A stretch of DNA of 59,302 nt, counting the filler, from Sphacelaria rigidula (Eukaryota), in assembly GCA_964200075.2 (NCBI GenBank). It is 6 parts of 6 records of this genome, joined end to end, with 100 filler letters (N's around TTAATTAATTAA, not from the genome) between each part and the next. Parts side by side here need not be neighbours in the genome. Positions count along the whole stretch, not along the records: positions 19,803 to 29,603 come from CAXNAA020007735.1; positions 29,704 to 39,503 come from CAXNAA020007736.1; 4 more parts are not named here. One strand, 5' to 3'. A model generated the notes under the pieces. It was not told the DNA's origin. It made no database searches and saw only the letters and a program-made list of their open reading frames with translations. Shown here one piece after another: positions 23,601 through 34,160 of the stretch (positions are counted from its first letter, which is position 1; each line of letters opens with the position of its first letter). The position numbers and the translations under genes were made by a program.

Positions 23601-26600
23601 GCGAACAGAATATTCAACCCACAAGTGTAGGTGGTTCGTTCTTCCGCACGTCGTGCGATCGACTGTTGAAATCTCCCGCTCCGATGACGGAAGATTATGA
23701 GACGGTAAGGCCTCCTGTACCTTGACATGTGTACCGATCCAACAAACACGTGCGCATTGGGGCTCATGCTCTCGCTGGAAAATGACGACTGACTGTACGT
23801 CCCGTTCAGACGCTCAGCGTAATGTTGAACTCTATGACAGTAACATCGTTGGAGTGACTTGCGATGTGTTGATGAACTGTCTGTTCCAACGGTCGGTCTA
23901 ATAATGATTGTCTGACAACCACTTGTTATTTATGTAATCGATTTGTACAGTGTGAGGGGATCTTTGAGCTGTGTTTTCAGCGTTGAACCCCAGGTACAGT
24001 GCGGGTACCCGAGGCACGTGGAATAGCGCAACATCTGTGCAGATGCTTGCTCGACCCGCGGTCTACACTTCTTTTTTTTTCCGAGCAGTCAAACCTCAGA
24101 AATCGTGGGTTCGAGGATTCGAACAAGCAATTGATTGTCCGACCTTAGACTTGTCTGACGTGAAGGAGGCCTGTGTATATGTACTGTATGTATGTCTGTA
24201 TGTATGTGTGTATTGTATAGGGAAAAACAACTTGACTGAGTGTTGCGTATGTATCAGGCACCCTGGATGAAAGAATACATGGTTGAAAAGTGTACTGCTT
24301 ACAGTATCGACTGTTGCGTCTATCGCCGCAGACAACATATTCTGTACTGTACGCAGTACACTTTTTGGCAACGTATTCTGATGTCCAGGATGTCATGTAT
24401 AGATGGATGGATTATAAAAATAACTCGTGTATAGATGGATGGATTATAAAAATAACTCGTGTACCGGCGCGACCTGATACTGACTTTCACAGGCCGTCGC
24501 TGACAAGGTGCCGGACATGCTTAGCATCATGTACGACGTCCTCACCGATGCCAACCTCGACAGCCAGCAGCGGGTGGTGGAGATGCTAAAGGAATCCAAG
24601 GTACTGTATACACTATCGCACGCCGTTGTCGATGTGCCTGCCACAAGTTACCACCAACGCGTGCGTGGTGGTCGCAGCTGGTGCGGCTGCTGCTGCGTTC
24701 GTATGCAAATACGTCGTACGACAGCACCGATTCGTTGAAATTGTGAACCTTGAAGAGGGCGACGTTTGCGTGCTGCCAGCAATAAAAATAATGCCGCCCG
24801 TCTGATGAAGGCACTGCATACACACTGTTGTGTCGGAAATCATGTCACGTCATTTTCTGCTGTATGAAAAAATATATATGTTTGATTGTTTGTTTTTCTT
24901 CAGTCGACTCTGTTCGTCTGTTCCATCATTTTTGTCTTTCACTTTTCTCTAAGCGAGAGGCCTTCGTGTTGTTCGACTCGGGCACGTCTACCATGTCACC
25001 ACGGCGGGATCCCCGTGCGGATCAGTTGAATGTGCGGCTATCGGTCAATCTTTGGATTAGTCAATCAATGCCCACATCTTGTGTTGGCTCGATATCACAC
25101 TGCCCTCGTGATTCGACACACTTCATGAACAAATCTGTAGTACGTATAGAGAAGCGCTTCTTCTGTGTTGCAGGGACTTGCTTGACGCGAGACCTGTCGG
25201 AAATTCATGTTTATTCATATGTTTGTTCTTTTCTTGTCTTGCGTGCTTTGCCCGTGTTGGTGTTCCACGATTTCCTGTGCGTTTTGCCCTGTATGTCTGA
25301 AACGGAACAGGCGCGACTGCAGGCGTCCATCCAGGGAAGTGGACACTCGTTCGCCAGCACAAGATTAGAGGCTAGGTACGCAGCAAAGGTTTAAAGTTGC
25401 AGCGCTTGTTGGAAGTGTTTTTCAAGACTTCGACAGACAGCGTCAGAAATTGCCTGCTCGTGGCGTGACCTTATCTCGAAGTGTGTTTTATTTTATTTTT
25501 CGCCGCGCAAGATTATAGAAGAGGAAGAGTCAATCACACAGGCGTGGTGACCCCCCGTTCGGTCTGAGAAGGTCGGCGTTTCATCCTTGTGTACTACGGC
25601 GCATTCAATTGTTATTTTTTTTCACGCCCGGATAACGCGTCCTCCTCATCCATAATCGTGCACGTGTCGGTTAGTTTCGTATCTGCTTTCCTCTCAGTCG
25701 TGCATACCGTGATCCGCAGTATACATATGGGCACGACGCCCATCGATAGGGATAGATTTTTGTAGTGAAATGTTGGAATCAACCAATCAGAGGCCCTTCA
25801 GGGGGGAATCGGCGGAATCTAGCGCCAATGAAATGAGAGCTTCGTATTGAATAACGTCGTGACAAATGCTTGTGATGGGCTCGCAGACTCGAGTCACCCC
25901 TGTAGTGTGCGTCGGGACGGATAGAACAGCAGCAGCGAAACGAAGCTGCAAGCAAACAAGCAGACGGCGAGTGGTACATTGCCGCCACAATCGGTCATTG
26001 CGATGCTCGTGTGTAAAGGTGTATCCCCATCTCAGTACAGCTGGTTGTGTCTTTCTGTGACCGCGAGCACTGGCGCCGATGGCAGCGGCAGCACCCATGC
26101 TGACGGGTGCAAGCAGTACCCTGGCGGTGCAGTATATCTGCACTGTGCTGTGCGTTGCTCCTTCCATCGGAGCACGGGGTCTGGCCCAGCCGATCGAGCT
26201 GTGTAAAAAAGGCACTGGTTGTGTGCCTTTACCCAGCCATATTCGGTATCGCGCAAGTCAGGGTCCGGGTAACATGAATTTTTCAACAGCCAAGTGTGTA
26301 CACCGCACTGCGTCCCGACTGATACTCTATGTACATGTGTCATTTAACTTTTTTCACCACTCTTGCCGAGATTCCTCAGGCGGCAAGGCATCTCATCACG
26401 CGCCTTCTTTTGCAGTGCACGAAGAAGGTGCAGCGGTACATTACCTTTCAGGATTGAGTGTCATCTGATACCTGTGGCGCGTGTCCTGGCAATCCAAAGT
26501 CGCTCACAGTGGCTCTTTTTTGCGGGGTGTCGACCCCGAACCACAAAAGCCTGTTCATGGCGGGGTGTTTCTTCGCGTTCTCGTTGATTCGGGAGTACGA

Positions 26601-29116
26601 AGGCAGCGGTTGTGTAGCGAATGTCACAATAACATGGAAGCAAAGCAGTTAAGAACAATTGACCATCGCTTTCGCCTTAGTCACCAGCAAAAAGAAGATC
26701 GTGCAACGAGGTGTTGGCGACTTGAACAAGGTACACACGTGGGCAAACATCCTCACTGTCGGTCAGCTGTGTTCGACAAGCCTCAGGGGGGTGACGAAAT
26801 CGCTGTGGTCATGCAACCCGTAACAGAGAGTTCCCTCAAAGGATGCACCGGTGTGAAGTACCGGCCCAAGAATGTCCTTGTGACAAGGACTGGGGGCTTG
26901 AAGAAATGTACGTAAATAATGGTTGGTGCTATGGAGATGCCACCAACCCTAACGCTAACCCTAGCACTAACATCGACCAAGGCATACCGAGAACTCTCGG
27001 GCAAGGGGGGTACAGTTCCGTAGCTGAAGCGTGCGTTACGAGAACTCGAATTGACACCTTTGAGCCAATTTTGGACCAAAACACGTTCTGGACGACCTGG
27101 TTCTACTGTCTACCACTGCTCACCTGCCCCAAAACATAATTTACTCAGAACTTTCTTCAGTCTGAAACCAGGTTAACCCTTAGACCGCGAGGTTGGTCTT
27201 CTGTTTAATCGGCATCAATTTGAAGTGAAAAAAAAATATGCATGATCCACAAAGACTAATTTCGCGGTCTGAGGGTTAGATCGAGTACGAATTGTTTATG
27301 TACATTTCTTGAGGTCTACCAGTGTCGCACTACAGGCGAATATACATATGCATGCGCAGATGCATAAACTTGGACATGTTGAGCGACTGGACGGCCGACG
27401 CGGTAGCAAACTGGCACCGGTCTGTACCGCGATCCTTTCTGGATCATGACCATCTGCAGTGCACCGATCAGCATACAGTCTGTTGAGCTGAGCACTTCAT
27501 GGCGCACGGCCCTAGGCGCGATGCAGCCGCTAAAAGGCGCTGAAACATCGCTCATAGGCTGTGCAAACCACAGTCAACGGTTCCAAGTCGCTATACTGGT
27601 GCTGTGCACTGCAGCAATGCGCACTAGATGGCAAAACGGTAAGATTTTGTTCCAAAAAAAAGTGTTGAGCTCTTGGCGCAACACTGACTTCACCGAATCA
27701 TCTTTGTGCCGGTGCTTCGCAGATTAATAACTGTGAGTTAGCCCGCTGCTTCGGTAAGGGCCTCGCGGAGGGATATTTCGAAATTGAAAGGATTAATTCG
27801 CTATTTGACCACTCTTCTTTCTCAACTGTATCCTCTACCCTCAATCTCACGAAAACATCGTTCTACGTAATGGGAGGCTCCGTCATCAGTTGTGTTTGTC
27901 CGTCCACGTCTGTTTATTCTTCGCGGAGGGCAATATATACTTGCTCGATCGAAGTGGACAAAGCGATGACTCGCGCGCTTTTTCTCCCTTCATTCAACCA
28001 ACCCATGTGTATTATGTACATGTATCCTTTCACATGTCCACCACTTTTGCCGAGTTTTCTCTGCCAGCAAGGCATTTTTCCCTATTTCTTTTGCAGCGCA
28101 CTGAAGAGGCATACTCGTACGAAATATATTTTATACTGTCGACTTGCGTCACCCGCGGGAGGCCCGTACCAACCTCCCGAAGGGGAACCTTGTATTATAT
28201 ATTATAGAAAGAGACGAGCACAACCATGCAGCACCTCAAGCACTCTCAGCGGAGATCAAGCCGTCTTCGCGAGGTCTGAACACACCACAGGACGACGATA
28301 CCTACAGCACACATTAGACCGTACGTGAGTGTGCTTGTGCTTCAGTACAGGCAGTGAAGGAGGACACGCCCCATGTTTGACATCTTCGGCTGACTAAAAT
28401 GGCGCTTTGCGCAAATAGTTTAATTCACTACAAAATCATTCCCATGTATGGGTCATGTGCCTACATTGAGCGTCACCACGTTTCATGACCTCTTTCCACT
28501 TGAAAACTGTGGCACTACTCGGGTACCTCCATTACTATACCGTGGTACCCTGTATTTTCCCCCCTTTCCCCCTCCCCCCCCCCGCGTCTCGAAAGAATGC
28601 GTGGTCAAAGGTCGAATGACTCGAGCGAGCAACAAGTGAGTACACCCCCGCCTACCGCCAAGCTATACATGATGTCAATGAGTTCATGGGTGCATCCTAT
28701 CTACACATCACCCGCGGATAGTGACGAGTTTCTGTGCCTTCATATGAAGAACTTGCACGCCGGGGGTAGGATTGTGTACATGGTGTTGTATGGAAGATGA
28801 CCGCCGTGCGAGTTTGAACTCGCGTGCTTATCTGCACCTCTCAAATAGATTTCCCTCGATGGGGCCCTGCGCTGCCCTGCGCTGCCCTGCGCTGCCCTGC
28901 CCTGCTCTACTCTGCCCTACGGTGTTTTTCTCTGGCAGATACACGGTGGATGGTTACCTGGGTGAGCTTCAGGGCGGTGTGACGTACATCAAGACCGTCA
29001 GGGAGATGCTGGAGCAGGCCGAGAACGACTGGCCAAGCATGCTCAAGCGCTTACAGCGTGTTCGCGCCACGATTTTGCACAAGAAGCGATTCCTCGTCAA
29101 TCTCACGGGGGACCAG
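20648..29116 (+). CDS. PREP: presequence protease PreP (peptidase M16C, pitrilysin family), partial, multi-exon
   Basis: GT-AG exons in phase: 20648-20794 (VFEDMVRELLVKNNHRATVESVPS...); 21293-21388 (DLLDVIESTRVLKEAQAKEDSPEAKATLPQLN); 22520-22613 (VADIEREVKRIPIEV...HNLPSSG); 22840-23087 (ILYADVGVDLSAVPLEDYPILGLFSRVMMETGT...RIGSQTGGV...FLRGK); 24493-24600 (AVADKVPDMLSIMYDVLTDANLDSQQRVVEMLKESK); 25311-25375 (ARLQASIQGSGHSFASTRLEAR); 28939-29116 (YTVDGYLGELQGGVTYI...NDWPSML...LVNLTGDQ). This matches the M16C-associated region. Both ends lie outside the contig. Confidence 0.93.
24398..24461 (+). repeat. tandem duplication of about 32 bp
   Basis: ATAGATGGATGGATTATAAAAATAACTCGTGT occurs twice. Confidence 0.85.
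26940..27155 (+). repeat. dispersed repeat with degenerate (CCCTAA)n telomere-like units
   Basis: AACCCTAACGCTAACCCTAGCACTAAC followed by CACGTTCTGGACGA...CCACTGC.CACCTGCCCCAAAACATA. Homologous to 58600-58810 and, more weakly and reversed, to 34380-34580. Confidence 0.65.
27177..27275. mobile_element. piggyBac-like MITE of about 100 bp
   Basis: TTAA-CCCTTAGACCGCGA ... TCGCGGTCTGAGGG-TTAG. The family recurs at 33535-34160 and 57975-58558. Confidence 0.7.
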
Positions 29117-29603
29117 GTGTGTGGGTGTGACTGTGGAGGTGTGCGTGTCGTGTGCGTAGCAGTCGCACATGCGTGCGTAGCGCTTTTTTCGGGGGGTGGG
29201 GGGTGGGGGTCGCTCCCCCAATCCTCTTCTCTCGAGTAAGCTCGTTCATGAGTTCTCCGTGACTTAGTGGACGGAAATGCAAGACGCCCGCATAATAGCC
29301 TTGCGTAACGCACTCAAAAACTGCATCGCTGCTTCCTGGTGTCTTTATATTTCGGGGACGGCCCACTGTATATCGTGGAAATTGTATCGAAACTCCTCCC
29401 GTCCCCCATCCCCTGCCCGCTGTCCCCCATCTCCCATTTTTTCAGTATCCTTCAAGTAACTGTGTCTACCTCTTGTTTTATTTTCCCGATACTGACCCTG
29501 TGTTGTCGTTTTACTCATACTCGTAGGCTTTCGTTGCTTCCTGTATCGTTCTGGAGGAAATAGTATTGCTTCCCCTGTCCCCCCCCCCCCCCCCCCCTCA
29601 CGC

Positions 29604-29703
29604 NNNNNNNNNNNNNNNNNNNNNNNNNNNNNNNNNNNNNNNNNNNNTTAATTAATTAANNNNNNNNNNNNNNNNNNNNNNNNNNNNNNNNNNNNNNNNN
29701 NNN
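29604..29703. other. artificial contig linker
   Basis: Same N-TTAATTAATTAA-N spacer. Confidence 0.98.
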
Positions 29704-29742
29704 CGAGAGGGGCCGGGGTGGCGCGAACGCCCCCCGCTCCAG

Positions 29743-29791
<49 letters not shown>

Positions 29792-30862
29792 AGGACAGCG
29801 GGTGTACTCCATCTCACCCATGACGATCGGTGTCCCAGCAACAGTTGTCACACTTTTTTACACGAGACTTTCTGTACGTTCAGGGACCCCCCTCGAAGCG
29901 TGAAGAGCTTTTGCCACAACATCCTAAACCTCAGTGAGGCGGAGTGCACTCGCTGTGAGGGGTGTTACTTTCATATGCTCTTGTGCGAGAAAGCTGCGGC
30001 TACCGTACAGTAGCCAAGCACTATAGGACATGAGCACAGTTGTGTCGGTGTCGGCGCGGTGTTATATACATCAGGGCACATCGCACACAGGAAGACAGAA
30101 GGCCCCGCCAACACACCGACACTCTGCTGTCTATACCTGGCCGATGATGACCCGCCCTGCCGTCGTTGGGGTTGCCATGTTTTTTGTAAACGATAAGAAA
30201 CTGGAGGACCCCGACGGTAGGTTAGCAAAAGCTCTTCGACGACGCACAGAAATATGTTTGGAGACTCGTAGCTGATGATCAGATGTAGAGCAAGAAGATG
30301 TCAACGTGATGAGGAAGTCGATGAAGGTGGTATGTGGGCTTGACGGGTCGGCGGGGCTAATGATGTGAGGAAACGTACGGTGGGGTCTCGGCCTCCTCAA
30401 GGTGTAGTAGTTCGAGGTATGTATTTATTATTTTTTCGAATGCAGGAGAACCCCGGTTCTACGGAGATGGTTCTAGCAATAGGTCGGAACAGTTATTTGA
30501 AGTAGTTCTCAAATATCAAAACCTGTGTTTCTGGGTGGGGACCCAGGCAGAAAGTCAACCAAAAGAAAAAATATCAAATAGAAAACTACTGATTTGTTGT
30601 TTCCGTTTTGTGACGATATCACACCAGCCGGTCGCAACTAAAACGAACGAGTTTCAAGTATCTGTCGGTGCGTCCTCGAAAAGTAGAGACAACAAGGCAG
30701 AAAAGTGTCGTGTTTTTGTTCGTGAGGCAACTCAGTCACGTTTGCCGCTGATTGCACGGAGAGACCGACGATCGGACCGGATTTTTGCTCTGGGGCTGGC
30801 TGTGCTTTGGAAAGAGCGACGACACCCACGTCCATCGCCATCACCCCCAAGGCCTCAAGACC

Positions 30863-31196
30863 ATGGTGTTCAGTAGAAGGAAGAGTAGCGCAAAGTCCCA
30901 GAAGGACCTTTTCGTCGAGCCCACCTTCCCGGAACCCGTGATCAAGGAGCCTGAAGTTACCACAGCTACCAAGCCAGCGCCAGCACCAGCGCCTGCGCCT
31001 GCGCCTGTGGTGAAGAAAGTGGAACCGAAGAAGGTACCCTCAGGGCCGAAGTCCATCGTGCCTCCCAACACGAAGCGAGTCCTCGTGGTTGGCAAGTATG
31101 TGGTCATGACTGCGGATGTGGACAAATGTGACGCCGTGATAGTACAGGGCAACCTCGACGGATTCATCAAGGCCAAGTACATCGTCATCATGAAAG
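30863..31196 (+). CDS. bactofilin-like (polymer-forming cytoskeletal beta-helix) protein, first coding exon
   Basis: ATG in an ACCATGG context. The protein reads MVFSRRKSSAK, then a Pro/Ala/Lys-rich linker (PAPAPAPAP), then KRVLVVGKYVVMTADVDKCDAVIVQGNLDGFIKAKYIVIMKG, which matches the bactofilin pattern LxVGxxxxxxGxxxxCDxxxVxGxxxGxxxAxxxxIxxxG. It ends at a strong donor AAAG/GTGAGA (phase 1). No downstream exon was recognised in this contig. Confidence 0.72.
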
Positions 31197-33534
31197 GTGA
31201 GAGATACGTCTTTCATCTCCGTCGTGTATCTGGCCGTCTCCTCACAGATCGTCGTTTCTGTCGTGTTCATGAGACAAGCTGGTGTTGAACTAGATAGCGT
31301 GCTAGCATTCATCTCTCGAGTAAAGAGGAAGGGAAATGTTTTTTTTGCACGAGCGAAGAGTGTTGGGTGATTTATCTTGTTTCCGTTCATCACTTGTGAG
31401 TCACATGAGTTTTCCCCTGTCCTTGTGGAGACCTGGGATACTGCCGCGTTGGAACTACCACATCTGACAACAAGTGAGCACGCGGTTGGTGGCTGCCACC
31501 GCGTCGGTCTCTCTCAGCTCCGGCGTAAGGGCACAGGTCTCCAATGTTCTTGCTCCTGTGAAGTCCGCAAAGCGGGTCTCACTCTAATACATGAAACAGG
31601 ACGAAAATAAAAACATGTGTTTTCCGCCCCCCCAAGTCTCGCGAAGTTTCTGCTTCGAAAAAAACGGGCACGTGGTCTCCCCTTGTGGAACGCATTCGAC
31701 TGGGGACCCCACAGTCTACCCCGCAACCCATGCTTTTTGAAGCCCCCTCACCCCCCATCAGCTGCCGATACAATCGTGTCCCATGTGCTCTGCTGTTCGC
31801 TCTTGAGCTTACAGGGTCACCCACTCGCATCCCAGGAGTGGAAATTCTTGATATTCAGAACAAGAACTGGGGTCGGTGCCTTCTTGTTGGTGGCCGTATT
31901 TTTGCGACTTCAGGAATATATCGCTATACAGGCAGTTCGGTTGTCTCTCTGATCGCTGCGCCGCATCATACTACACATACAACAGTAGAATCTTTCGTAC
32001 GAAAGTGTTGAGCCTGGTTGGATCTACCTGTCGCGCTTGCCTTCTGTCACGTTTGGCTTGCACGAGCAACGGCTACAGAAGCGAACACCAGCCCGGATTA
32101 GTCTGCGTTCCTATTGTCCCTACTTTTGGACCTCTCGCAAACTGTAGAGGCTTGCCGGGTAAAGAGCCATGAGGGGGTACCACTTCACCTGTCTGTCGGC
32201 ATCTTACCTCATTTCGATGAATACGTAATAACATCATGGCCGTTCACGCTCAATCTACTGTACTATAATGATCATTGCTGAAGGATTTGCCCCTCTCTGG
32301 TCTTGTGCAATTTGTGCGTGTTTAAGCTCGAGCGCTGTACGGCGGCGGGCCTTTTGCCGTCGAGGTCATCCATGGTTTCATACAGTCAGTCGACGTCACC
32401 CAAACCAGGATGCCCACACACTTTGTGAACGGGCTACCAAACGTCGAGCCCCGTTTTCGAATTTTCCTGCGCTGTCCTCTCTCCACCACGAGAGTCGAGA
32501 ATTGCCTGTTTCCAGATCTGCTGGAGTTGCTCTGGGTTGTTCCGCTTTGTACTCAAATCAGTGCAATATCTGCAGTATATCGCCACATTCTCATCCCATT
32601 CACTGTACTCGATGGCTCATACAAAATGAATACTCCGAAGTATCACACTATCTTCTGACTGTAGTTGTTTTGTTTTGGATCACACCGCAGCACCCCATCT
32701 TCCCAGAAGCATGAGAGTAAATGGTAACCTCCAGCCCGTTCATAACGTTGCACTACTTTCCCCCTCGATTGGTGCGATTTCAATCCAGACGAAGATTGTA
32801 GAGGTACCTAAACGTCCAGGCAGGACGTACCATGTGGGGAGTTCAGCCGAGTTGTGCATGTGTGCATAGAGAGTTTGGGCTGCATATGCCGAAAAGTTAA
32901 TGCTCCTGGTGTACATACATGTGTCGAAAAGAAATTGGGCGGCGCACTTGTGTAACTGCCCAGATTAGTGTATGTCGATGCACTGTACTGTCCGGGTAGA
33001 TGTTGGCGAAGGCAAATCAAAACAGTGACGAGGGCTTCATCACAGAGAAGAGTAGCACGTTGTCAAGTGTGATCGCCGTAGCTCGGGCCTTATCCAACAC
33101 AACGACAACTGATGTGCGTGTGGTCGGCGTTGAATGTTCGTGGTATTCGGATGATCCAGCAGCGGTGCCCGAATACCTGACCACCTGTGCAAACACAGCC
33201 TGGCCCACCAGTACACGCATATCGACAGTTCAAGACTATTCGACCACTGCAGCACTCAACAAATCTACGGCCAAAAAGACAGACGAAAGAGTATCGTGGA
33301 TATATGCTGTGGGGTTTAATCAAATTACACAGCAAATGAAGCAAGTGGTTGGAACATGAAAGACACTCACTGATGAGTGGGTAATCAAAGTTCAAAGGAT
33401 TGCGCGTAAACGCGCACGAAATTATCGTGTGGTACGCTGGAAATGTCCCCGCTAGGCTCGAGAGGAATCGGAATCTATGAGCGCACTGAATCGATCGCCT
33501 CAATACTACCTGGAGAATCCGTCCGTTCGTGTCA

Positions 33535-34160
33535 CCCTTAGACCACGAGATTAGTCTTTCTGGACCATGCATACTTTTTTCACTTGAAATTGATGCCAAT
33601 TCAACAGAAGACTAACCTCGCCGTCTAAGGGTTAACAGGGACGTGCTATGGTGCATGATACCCAGCGCGGTAAGATTCTATCCAGGAGAGAAGACTATTT
33701 TCTGAAACTGGACTGTCGACCCTGAACAGATCCGCATGTGATGAGTCCAACCATGGAATCGGACGACCCACTTTGATATTCGCGATACGTCATTTGGCCC
33801 TGTTCGTCATTTTTCGAGTGAAAATGATGCCGATTCAATTGCGAATTAACTCTTGGACCGCGAGGTTAGTCTCCTGTTGGATCGGCATCAATTTCAAGTG
33901 AAAAAACTATGCATGATCCAGAAAGACTAATTTCGCGGTCTAAGGGTTGAGCCGTAGACGTCGCCAGTAGGGCATAAACTGAATCGCCATCAATTTTACG
34001 TCGGAAATGTTTTCAGATGGACTACCCCCCCGGTCTAAGGAGTAACTCGACGTTCATGGAGTTTACCCTTAGACCGCGAGGTTAGTCTGTTGAATCCGCA
34101 TCAATTTCAAGTGAAAAAAAGTATGCATGATTCAGAGAGACTAATCTCGCCGTCCAAGGG
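33535..34160. mobile_element. cluster of piggyBac-like MITEs of about 100 bp
   Basis: Copies at 33535-33631, 33850-33946 and 34066-34160, plus a degenerate copy at about 33950-34045. CCCTTAGACCGCGA / TCGCGGTCTAAGGG TIRs with TTAA-like flanks. Confidence 0.75.

Noticed and set aside
29743-29790. poly-G tract as a G-quadruplex or poly-Pro/Gly coding feature
   Set aside because: A homopolymer at a contig edge whose length is unreliable.
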